Positions 51,840 to 59,319 of a stretch of 64,000 nt of DNA are shown piece by piece. How positions within the stretch are numbered: the first letter of the stretch is position 1; each line of letters begins with the position of its first letter. A program made the translations under genes and the position numbers. Under the pieces are notes generated by a model that worked only from the letters and a program-made list of their open reading frames with translations, did not search any database and had not been told where the DNA came from. This DNA is from a virus: the IMG/VR virus record IMGVR_UViG_3300032242_002920, positions 32,001-96,000 of that record; one strand, written 5' to 3'.

Positions 51840-52141
51840 TTGACCTCAATTGCCCATTTGGTTGGTCCGCCACATCTTGGACAAACCATTTCTGTTTTTT
51901 GAAAATCTGTTTGCGTAATATCAGATTCATTTGCTTTCCATGCGCATCTGAATCGTTGTGCCGTTTCTTGATGACGACATGATCCGCGATAGGTGTATCC
52001 TGCGCATTCGCAAATATGATCCTCTTGTTCACCCCAAGGGCAAACCATTACTGTATAATAAGCATCCTGATTACTGGATTCAACTCTGATTGGATACCAG
52101 CCATCAGCCGAAACACAAATTTGATAAGGCTCAATATTCAT
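51836..52141 (-). CDS. SWIM zinc-finger protein
   Basis: CECAGYTYRGSCRH SWIM motif plus CPRC; ATG 52141 is 7 nt downstream of a -10 box. Confidence 0.7.
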   Translation of the reverse strand: MNIEPYQICVSADGWYPIRVESSNQDAYYTVMVCPWGEQEDHICECAGYTYRGSCRHQETAQRFRCAWKANESDITQTDFQKTEMVCPRCGGPTKWAIEVK

Positions 52142-52148
52142 AAAAGTA

Positions 52149-52177
52149 ACAATACCACATATCAATTGTTTTTGCAA
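52149..52177 (-). promoter_or_regulatory. Promoter of the replication operon (probably leaderless)
   Basis: TTGCAA-17 nt-(TG)TATTGT-7 nt-ATG. Confidence 0.55.
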
Positions 52178-52190
52178 ATTGAATTTTGAC

Positions 52191-52219
52191 TTGTAATTTT
52201 ATTAATTCTTTGCTAATAT
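52191..52219 (+). promoter_or_regulatory. Divergent promoter upstream of the structured nrdJ leader
   Basis: TTGTAA-17 nt-(TG)TAATAT. Confidence 0.45.
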
Positions 52220-52226
52220 TGTTTTT

Positions 52227-52408
52227 GCGTCACAGCGGGCGTTGGAATATCGAGCAAATAGCTCACTTTTTGCCAAACGTCGCTTCGTCCGTTAGAGGGA
52301 CAGGCGTCTTCATTTGTGCTAAAATACAGATGAACGGGAGGCGGTGCTGCTGTTGCAGAGGGCTGGCAACAGGGGTAATTATATTTAATAGTATTAACCT
52401 AGGCTTCC
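52227..52408 (+). ncRNA. Candidate structured RNA / 5' leader upstream of nrdJ
   Basis: Multiple stems containing + strand G-U pairs in a GC-richer island. Confidence 0.4.
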
Positions 52409-52468
52409 ACTAGAGATAACTAAAAGACGTATAATAAATACTACCTATAACAAAACAAAAGGAAAGTT

Positions 52469-54160
52469 ATGAATCCAGTAACAGAACTAAACAATAATAT
52501 TAATACCCCACTTTCCTCAGAGATGAGTGATTTTGCTAAGACCATTTATGAGCAAAAGTACGCTTGGAAAGACGAGGAGGGTAATGTAGTAGAAAATTGG
52601 GAGCAGACCGCACATAGAGTAGTGAGTAATGTTCTTGACGCTCTTGGCTATGACCAAAGCACAGAAGAGTTTAATAAACTTTTTGAAATGGTTCGGGATA
52701 GAAAGTTTCTTCCCGGCGGACGTTATCTTTACGCTTCTGGTAGAGATTTACATCAGACACAAAATTGTCTTTTGCTTCGTGCGGAAGATTCTCGTGAAGG
52801 CTGGGCGGATCTTCTTAAAAAATCTGCAATGGCTCTTCAGACGGGTGCTGGTATCGGAATTGATTATTCAGATATTCGTCCCTCTGGAACGGTAATTAAA
52901 AGGACTGGCGGAGTTGCTTCTGGTCCTATTCCTCTTATGAAAATGATCAATGAAATTGGTCGCGGAGTTATGCAGGGCGGCGCTCGTCGTTCAGCTATTT
53001 GGGCTGGCCTTAATTGGTCACATCCAGATTGCGAAGAATTTATCCGTATTAAGGATTGGCGTCAAGAAGTGAGAGACATCAAAGCTGTTGATTTTAATTT
53101 TCCAGCCGACATGGAATTTACTAATGTATCAATCCTGCTTGATGATGAATTTTTTATTGCGTATGAAGATCAAAATCACCCAAAACATAAATTGGCTCAT
53201 CACATTTATCATCTTGGCGTTCAATTTATGGTTAAGACCGCTGAACCCGGATTCAGCGTAGACATTGGTGAAAATGCTGGCGAGACACTTCGTAATGCAT
53301 GTACTGAAGTTACCTCACGAGATGATTCCGATATTTGCAATCTTGGTTCAATCAATCTTGCTCGTATTGAATCAATTGAGGAAATGGAAGAAGTTGTTAA
53401 ATACGGAACTTTATTCTTACTTGCTGGAACCGTATATTCAGATCTTCCATATGATCAGGTACATGAGGTTCGTGAAAAAAATCGTCGTCTTGGACTTGGA
53501 GTAATGGGCATCCACGAGTGGCTTTTGAAGCGTGGTAAAAAGTATGAGCCTGATACCGACCTTGGCGAGTGGCTTGATGTATACGCTACTTCGGGCGATC
53601 ATGCTAATGCGTGGGCTGATAAACATAATCTTAACTATCCCGTTAAGACTCGTGCAATTGCTCCTACGGGCACAATTGGCATTATTGCTGAAACTACTAC
53701 TGGCGTTGAGCCAATTTTTTGTGTGGCTTTTAAAAGGCGTTACAAGGAAGCTCAGGCTAATGGTGAAGACATCATCCGCTATCAGTATGTAATTGATCCT
53801 ACTGCAAAGCGCCTTATTGATGAAGGCGTAGATCCAGATTCTATTGAAGATGCATATGGTCTTTCTTATAACGTAGAAAAGCGCATTGCCATGCAAGCGT
53901 GGGTTCAACAGTATGTTGATCATGGCATTTCTTCAACAATTAATCTTCCATACCCAATTACCGATCCTACAGAAGTTGCAGATTTCGCAGATCTTTTGTA
54001 TGGTTATCTCCCGCAACTTCGAGGCATTACTTGCTACCCCGATGGGTCACGAGGCGGACAACCCCTTACGATTTCTACTTATGAGGAAGCGAAGGATAAG
54101 GTTGGCGTCGTATTCGAAGAAACCGAAGAACGTTGCGTCGGCGGAGCCTGTGGAATTTAA
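52469..54160 (+). CDS. nrdJ: Ribonucleotide reductase, probably class II (B12-dependent)
   Basis: FLPGGR, QNC, NACTE, CNLGSINL, IAPTGT, C-terminal CVGGACGI; no small subunit in this window. Confidence 0.85.
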   Translation: MNPVTELNNNINTPLSSEMSDFAKTIYEQKYAWKDEEGNVVENWEQTAHRVVSNVLDALGYDQSTEEFNKLFEMVRDRKFLPGGRYLYASGRDLHQTQNCLLLRAEDSREGWADLLKKSAMALQTGAGIGIDYSDIRPSGTVIKRTGGVASGPIPLMKMINEIGRGVMQGGARRSAIWAGLNWSHPDCEEFIRIKDWRQEVRDIKAVDFNFPADMEFTNVSILLDDEFFIAYEDQNHPKHKLAHHIYHLGVQFMVKTAEPGFSVDIGENAGETLRNACTEVTSRDDSDICNLGSINLARIESIEEMEEVVKYGTLFLLAGTVYSDLPYDQVHEVREKNRRLGLGVMGIHEWLLKRGKKYEPDTDLGEWLDVYATSGDHANAWADKHNLNYPVKTRAIAPTGTIGIIAETTTGVEPIFCVAFKRRYKEAQANGEDIIRYQYVIDPTAKRLIDEGVDPDSIEDAYGLSYNVEKRIAMQAWVQQYVDHGISSTINLPYPITDPTEVADFADLLYGYLPQLRGITCYPDGSRGGQPLTISTYEEAKDKVGVVFEETEERCVGGACGI

Positions 54161-54190
54161 GCTTAGTCTGAGCATATAGTTCAGCAGTGT

Positions 54191-54221
54191 AGAGAGGCCC
54201 TTGACGGGCCTCTCTTGTTTT
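54191..54221 (+). terminator. Intrinsic terminator with embedded promoter
   Basis: AGAGAGGCCC-TTGAC-GGGCCTCTCT-TGTTTT; TTGACG(54201)-17-TACAAT(54224). Confidence 0.8.
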
Positions 54222-54250
54222 GATACAATGTACAAAAAGGAGGTGAATAA

Positions 54251-54436
54251 ATGAACGTTACTGGTAATAAGTGGACATCAATTTTTTCTGGTCTTGCTGC
54301 TGCTGTAATCGTCGGCCTTGTGTCTTTTGGCGTACTTGGCGGTGATCAGATTAGTGCCGCTCAGGGTCTTGTAAATGCAGTTCTTACATTCCTTGCATCG
54401 ATTGGCATTCCTGCTGTAAAGAAGATCACAAAGTAG
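54251..54436 (+). CDS. Small two-TM holin-like protein
   Basis: AGGAGG RBS; two hydrophobic helices; basic C-terminus; similar to 60826-61143. Confidence 0.6.
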   Translation: MNVTGNKWTSIFSGLAAAVIVGLVSFGVLGGDQISAAQGLVNAVLTFLASIGIPAVKKITK

Positions 54437-54473
54437 TTTAAAATGCGGATCGCGCAGTTTAGATCCGCTATAT

Positions 54474-54555
54474 GGTGGGGTACCAAAGCGGCCAACTGGG
54501 GCGGGCTGTAAACCCGCTGTCTCTGACTTCGCAGGTTCGAATCCTGCCCCCACCA
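54474..54555 (+). tRNA. tRNA-Tyr(GTA)
   Basis: GGTGGGG/CCCCACC acceptor, GCGGG-CT-GTA-AA-CCCGC, long variable arm, GGTTCGAATCC. Confidence 0.93.
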
Positions 54556-54583
54556 CTTTTCAACGAATACTTCATCATAATAT

Positions 54584-55033
54584 ATGATGAATGAATATCA
54601 GCGCAAAGAAAATCCTCTTTTAAAGGAACGAAAGCAGTCTGGACCTGTCAAAATTGGCGACATTATTAATTCTTTTAATGATAAGATTGCCATAAAATTA
54701 ACCAATACAATTGGTTCAATGAAAATGTTTTGGTTTATGGCTATCGTTATGACTTTATGGATGGCTGGTATTGGAGAACTACTGTTTCATGATCCATACC
54801 CATTTTCGCTCATGTTGCTTATTTTCGCTGGCGTCTTTCAAGCACTAGCTATGGTGGCCATTATGGTCGGACAAAATATTCTCAGTAAAGCTTCTGATGC
54901 ATTATCAGAAATGACTTATAAAGACGCAGAGGCGATTTTAGATGAAGTGGAAGAAATCCATGAACATCTTCATCATCAAGATGAAATCCTTAAATCGTTA
55001 CTGGAGAATATTAATGTCCGAAAAAATGTCTAA
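54584..55033 (+). CDS. DUF1003-like membrane protein
   Basis: DKIAIKLTNTIGSM...DPYPFSL...IMVGQN. Confidence 0.75.
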   Translation: MMNEYQRKENPLLKERKQSGPVKIGDIINSFNDKIAIKLTNTIGSMKMFWFMAIVMTLWMAGIGELLFHDPYPFSLMLLIFAGVFQALAMVAIMVGQNILSKASDALSEMTYKDAEAILDEVEEIHEHLHHQDEILKSLLENINVRKNV

Positions 55034-55406
55034 TTTTGCAGTTTGGTTTTCTAAAAAAATCTTCACATGGCAGAGCCTTTTGTTGCATGTTGCGATATAT
55101 GCAACAGCTTGGTTTGTTGAAGGCGGCGATCATCATCTTTTCCTTGATTGTATTTCTATGGAGGCCGTTTTTGTAACCCTTCTTGTTGGTATGGCAACAG
55201 CCAGAGCAGAACAACAAAGGGAAGAGTTAGCCGCCCTTGATCGTCATCGGGACCAAATGGATCTTGAAACGGATCAAAATACAAACAAACTTATTAATAT
55301 GCAAGCTGAAGAAATTAAAGAACTTCATCAAGTTGCTAAAGAAATTCATAATCTTTCAACAGAAGTTAGAAATCATGTTAAAGATAATACAAGGCATAAC
55401 AGTTAA
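55014..55406 (+). CDS. Divergent DUF1003-like membrane protein
   Basis: ISMEAVFVTLLVGMA...DLETD plus a coiled-coil tail. Confidence 0.55.
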   Translation: MSEKMSNFAVWFSKKIFTWQSLLLHVAIYATAWFVEGGDHHLFLDCISMEAVFVTLLVGMATARAEQQREELAALDRHRDQMDLETDQNTNKLINMQAEEIKELHQVAKEIHNLSTEVRNHVKDNTRHNS

Positions 55407-58123
55407 TGACCATTAATTCTAGAAAAATTCCATTAGGTTTTGCGGGATCTAATTTTCGTCCTTGGGAATATAAAGTTGCTGGGTTTCGTATGCTTGCCAA
55501 TGAATACGGTAGGGCTAGTTCTACAACTAGCACTACTTTAGTTGATACGTCCAAATCTTGGGCCGTAGACGCATATAAAGATAAATATGTTGTTGTAGGT
55601 AGTTCTGTTGGTCCTCAAACCGTTAAAATTGTTAGCAATACAAGTAATACTTTAACAGTTGCAAGTTGGCCAGTTGCGTTGCCAACAAGCGCAATTATGT
55701 CTGATGGTAGTAAACTTATATATGAAATACAAAATGGTGCAAAAATTATGGCAACGGCGACATCTTCAACCGGAACTAGCGTTACGGTTAGTCCTATTGC
55801 TCCTAATACCTCTTTAAATTTAATTTCTGGAAAATCTTATACCGTTGTTGGACAAGGTATACCAGTTTATTATACTGGTTCTTCAGTCACCCCGCCAGTC
55901 ATATTAAATTCAAAAGGTCAAAGTATGACTCATTCTGCATCAACGGTTTCTTTAATTAAATACACCCCTACAACATCCAACCCTTCTACCATTACTTTAC
56001 CAATCGCTCCTTTGACGCCTTTAAATGGTATTGTTCTTTATTTTTTTGAAAATGAACTTAGCATTGAATGTCAACTAATGTTAATGGCTAATTCGGGAGT
56101 AGAATCATTTAGAACGCCATTATTTTGGAAAGATATTGAACCAAATGCTCCAATTGGAGAAACTAGAAGTTATAAATTTTCTCCGGCAAATGACGGCGTT
56201 GATTATGATATTTTTTATTCAATGTCAGCGAGTTTGGGAATGAACGCAATGATTCGCCTTGGTAACCCTCCAGACCATGAAATAGATTATCCGTATAGTA
56301 AAAATTATTTTGGTCCAGTTTCATTAGATGTAACGGGATATGGCGGACAATTTATCACAGTAAAAACTGCAATAGACGGTTCATATGATCATAATTTAAA
56401 CAATTCTTATGCCGTTTTTAAAAACATGTTTGTAACTGGAACAAATGTGCCAGCAAATACGTATACAACACCTTTAACTGAAAATCAAGTAACGCTAGGA
56501 ACAACAACTTACAATATCGTCGTTAACAAAAATACTCCGGAAACTTCGGTTAGAACCGGCGTTGCATCGGATGGATCAACTGCATACATTATTAAATTAA
56601 ATAATAATGTTCCTTCTGGAGATGTAACAATTTCTGCAACTATCAAAGTGGATGGAAATTTAGTTACAAGTCCGTTTCCATATTACAATACTGATTCGTC
56701 AAACCCAATTAATTTTAGTTCAGAAAACGATCTTAGAGCTTTTTGTTTACAAATGGGAAGAAAAGGCGGAACCGTACCAAAAAACTTTAAAAATTTTGGC
56801 GATTTTATGAATGTATTAATTAATCGTTATGGCGCAAACGGAACAATTTGGCAATCAGAAAACAATTTATGGTCAAGACCAATTCAAAAAACTTTGTCTG
56901 ATGCCCACTCTGGTTCATTAACATCCGGCAGTTTTAAATTAATTTCTAACATTGCGGATTGCAAAGGATTTGTTGTTGGTGCGACAATAGAATCATCCGC
57001 AAGCGGATCAATTCCAGCTACCTCAACAAACGGCAATGCAGCTTTTCTTTCTCCTAAAACTAAAATTTTGTCAATTGCTAAAGACACTAGTTACACAACA
57101 CAAAATGCAATTTATTTAAGTAAATTTACTAATACTGCATCAGCCTCAAATCAATCAATTACTATTAAATATCCACCAATTCAAAATTGGCAAATTTACA
57201 ACGAGGTTCCCTCAGATGGTGCTGATGGAACTTTTTATTGGAGAATAAACTCTGGAACAATTCATTCAAGTAATATTTTAATTGGCGTCAACTGGCCTCA
57301 GTATAGAACAACTGCAAGTGTTGTCAATTCGTCAAATAATACAAGTTCAGTTTACACAACTAATATGGAAAATGGTTGGGGTCCAAGTTTTTCATCCTTG
57401 CTTAGCACTGCAAAAGCTGAAGCTCATTCAACCGACCCCAATGCAAGTATTGTTACCTCAGGCATCAACTCTGAACCGAGTTCTTCAAACACCGCATCGT
57501 TGTTTACTAAGAAAAACGCAAAAAATAGTTTTGATAAAATTGCATTTCATCTTTATGGACCTTATACAACTTCGGCTGGAGCAGTTAATTCCGGACCTTA
57601 CACAGTAACCGGTCAAGAAACACAAAGAATTATAACTTTACTTGAAAAAAATTACGGTAAAAATACGCCATCATATAATATAACACCTGATGTAATTATT
57701 AGCGAATACGGATGGAGTACCGCGCCTAAAACTGCTGGATCGGTACCCGCTGGCGGAAATGGATATTCATATAATGTTCACGATCAATTTATTGCTAACG
57801 CCACGCCAAATTCCCTTGGGTATATTACTACCATGTTTGATAAAAATTGGCATACAATAAATCATAAAATTTATACCGCTCGAAAAATGATGTCAGAAAA
57901 TACAAATTTGATAAATTTTGAATCAGTTATGTATTTTAAATGGGCAAGTGATGAAGGAAGAGAAATTAATGATTCTCCATTTTTAGATAACTGGAGGGGT
58001 CCAAATTTTTACATGTCTCCGTCAACTAATTCAAGTGTACCGGGATCAACTATTCAATTTTATATGAAACCTGCGGCTAAATCATTACAAGATGCGGCGT
58101 TGACACTTCAAGGTAGAATCTGA
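55406..58123 (+). CDS. Clan GH-A (GH39/GH5-like) glycoside hydrolase with inserted virion-type beta domains
   Basis: GVESFR..LFWKDIEP, LINRYG, WQIYNE (acid/base), DPNASIV, IAFHLY, ISEYGW (nucleophile). Confidence 0.7.
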   Translation: MTINSRKIPLGFAGSNFRPWEYKVAGFRMLANEYGRASSTTSTTLVDTSKSWAVDAYKDKYVVVGSSVGPQTVKIVSNTSNTLTVASWPVALPTSAIMSDGSKLIYEIQNGAKIMATATSSTGTSVTVSPIAPNTSLNLISGKSYTVVGQGIPVYYTGSSVTPPVILNSKGQSMTHSASTVSLIKYTPTTSNPSTITLPIAPLTPLNGIVLYFFENELSIECQLMLMANSGVESFRTPLFWKDIEPNAPIGETRSYKFSPANDGVDYDIFYSMSASLGMNAMIRLGNPPDHEIDYPYSKNYFGPVSLDVTGYGGQFITVKTAIDGSYDHNLNNSYAVFKNMFVTGTNVPANTYTTPLTENQVTLGTTTYNIVVNKNTPETSVRTGVASDGSTAYIIKLNNNVPSGDVTISATIKVDGNLVTSPFPYYNTDSSNPINFSSENDLRAFCLQMGRKGGTVPKNFKNFGDFMNVLINRYGANGTIWQSENNLWSRPIQKTLSDAHSGSLTSGSFKLISNIADCKGFVVGATIESSASGSIPATSTNGNAAFLSPKTKILSIAKDTSYTTQNAIYLSKFTNTASASNQSITIKYPPIQNWQIYNEVPSDGADGTFYWRINSGTIHSSNILIGVNWPQYRTTASVVNSSNNTSSVYTTNMENGWGPSFSSLLSTAKAEAHSTDPNASIVTSGINSEPSSSNTASLFTKKNAKNSFDKIAFHLYGPYTTSAGAVNSGPYTVTGQETQRIITLLEKNYGKNTPSYNITPDVIISEYGWSTAPKTAGSVPAGGNGYSYNVHDQFIANATPNSLGYITTMFDKNWHTINHKIYTARKMMSENTNLINFESVMYFKWASDEGREINDSPFLDNWRGPNFYMSPSTNSSVPGSTIQFYMKPAAKSLQDAALTLQGRI

Positions 58124-58129
58124 TATAAT
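58100..58129 (+). promoter_or_regulatory. Consensus promoter for the tRNA cluster
   Basis: TTGACA-18 nt-(TG)TATAAT. Confidence 0.7.
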
Positions 58130-58136
58130 AATATAA

Positions 58137-58210
58137 CGGGATGTAGCGCAGTCTGGTAGCGCATTCGCTTTGGGAGCGAAGGGTCGTAGGTTCAAATCCT
58201 ACCATCCCGA
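58137..58210 (+). tRNA. tRNA-Pro(TGG)
   Basis: CGGGATG/CATCCCG; TTCGC-TT-TGG-GA-GCGAA. Confidence 0.93.
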
Positions 58211-58215
58211 TCATA

Positions 58216-58287
58216 GGGCGATTGGCGCAGCGGGAGCGCAACTCGTTTACACCGAGTAGGTCATTGGTTCGAATCCAATATCGCCCA
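58216..58287 (+). tRNA. tRNA-Val(TAC)
   Basis: GGGCGAT/ATCGCCC; ACTCG-TT-TAC-AC-CGAGT. Confidence 0.93.
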
Positions 58288-58292
58288 TTTGA

Positions 58293-58334
58293 TTTACACC
58301 GAGAGGGTCGCAAGTTCGAATCTTGCATCGCCCA
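58293..58334 (+). pseudogene. 3' half of a second tRNA-Val(TAC)
   Basis: TTTACACCGAG-AGGGTC-GCAAGTTCGAATCTTGC-ATCGCCCA, with no 5' half. Confidence 0.75.
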
Positions 58335-58357
58335 TAATAATCTGCTACAATGCAGGT

Positions 58358-58525
58358 ATGCACTTTGACATTTTAAATTATGTTACACACCTTGGGTTTG
58401 AAGGTCTTGCTGCTATAGGCGGTTATTACGCTCGCGGCTTTTGCAAGCATACTTGGCACAGGGTCACTGTTGCAGTAGTTTGGTCAATTGTTTCGACTTT
58501 CCTACTAGTATCAGTTGTAGGATGA
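58358..58525 (+). CDS. Small membrane protein (probably leaderless)
   Basis: 55 aa with a hydrophobic C-terminus; ATG 6 nt after TGCTACAAT. Confidence 0.55.
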   Translation: MHFDILNYVTHLGFEGLAAIGGYYARGFCKHTWHRVTVAVVWSIVSTFLLVSVVG

Positions 58526-58530
58526 TATTT

Positions 58531-58612
58531 ACCCGAATGGCGGAATAGGTAGACGCGTTGGATTTAGGATCCAATGCCGCAAGGCGTGGGGGTTCGATTC
58601 CCTCTTCGGGTA
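58531..58612 (+). tRNA. tRNA-Leu(TAG)
   Basis: ACCCGAA/TTCGGGT; TTGGA-TT-TAG-GA-TCCAA; long variable arm. Confidence 0.92.
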
Positions 58613-58736
58613 TTAGGTTGCCCATCAATGTAATAACACATGTTGGTGAAACCGCCTAATCCATAGATGAAAAGGTGAAATTAATTTATGGATAATGATT
58701 CACTCATAGGCAAGCGGGTAAGCCTTGGCAACCCTT

Positions 58737-58808
58737 TGGCGCGTAGCTCAACGGCAGAGCTTTCGACTGTTAATCGAATGGTTGTAGGTTCGAATCCTAC
58801 CGCGCCAG
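58737..58808 (+). tRNA. tRNA-Asn(GTT)
   Basis: TGGCGCG/CGCGCCA; TTCGA-CT-GTT-AA-TCGAA. Confidence 0.93.
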
Positions 58809-58811
58809 TTT

Positions 58812-58900
58812 GGAAAGATGGCAGAGTGGTTGAATGCGTCGGTCTTGAAAACCGAAGTAGGGCGCGAGTTCTACCGAGGGTTCGAATCCCTCTCTTTCCT
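58812..58900 (+). tRNA. tRNA-Ser(TGA)
   Basis: GGAAAGA/TCTTTCC; TCGGT-CT-TGA-AA-ACCGA; long variable arm. Confidence 0.93.
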
Positions 58901-58903
58901 TAT

Positions 58904-58975
58904 GCCGCCATCGTCTAATGGTCAGGACATGGGTTTTTCACACCTAAAACCGGGGTTCGACTCCCCGTGGCGGTA
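58904..58975 (+). tRNA. tRNA-Glu(TTC)
   Basis: GCCGCCA/TGGCGGT; TGGGT-TT-TTC-AC-ACCTA. Confidence 0.9.
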
Positions 58976-59015
58976 CTTGCAGTAAACAAAAATCTATGCT
59001 ATAATAGATACACAT

Positions 59016-59087
59016 CGCGGGGTGGAGCAGTGGTAGCTCGCTAGGTTCATATCCTAGAGGTCGAAGGTTCGATTCCTTCTCCCGCTA
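59016..59087 (+). tRNA. tRNA-fMet(CAT), initiator type
   Basis: CGCGGGGTGGAGCAG start, C1:U72 mismatch, CTAGG-TT-CAT-AT-CCTAG. Confidence 0.88.
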
Positions 59088-59199
59088 CTATCTCAGGTCG
59101 TCAGGTTGCCCCGCCTGAGATGAACGCCCCGGATGAGCCTCTGATTCAAGCTCGCCGGGGCTATGTATTTTCTAAAAATTGTGCTATACTTGCAATCAT

Positions 59200-59283
59200 G
59201 CTCGGATGGTGGAATTGGCATACACGGCTGACTTAAAATCAGCTTCCCGGTTGGGATTGCGGGTTCGAGTCCCGCTCCGAGTA
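59200..59283 (+). tRNA. tRNA-Leu(TAA)
   Basis: GCTCGGA/TCCGAGT; GCTGA-CT-TAA-AA-TCAGC. Confidence 0.93.
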
Positions 59284-59319
59284 CTTTAGAATATTCATAG
59301 ATCAATCGCATAATAAGTG

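Noticed and set aside
52227-52408. Canonical cobalamin riboswitch
   Set aside because: The conserved GGGAA and B12-box elements are not recognisable.
52186-52413. 75 aa ORF in the track
   Set aside because: TTG start without an RBS and implausible composition; better explained as structured non-coding sequence.
58660-58695. Hammerhead ribozyme (AGATGA...GAAA)
   Set aside because: The core reads TAGATGA rather than CTGATGA, and stem II cannot form.
59090-59162. TPP riboswitch (CTGAGA...CTGAT words)
   Set aside because: It lacks the P5/GCG/AGGGA elements and has no downstream thiamine gene.
58531-59283. Suppressor tRNAs or stop-codon recoding (anticodons TAG, TGA, TAA)
   Set aside because: These anticodons read CTA, TCA and TTA codons, and genes are intact under the standard code.
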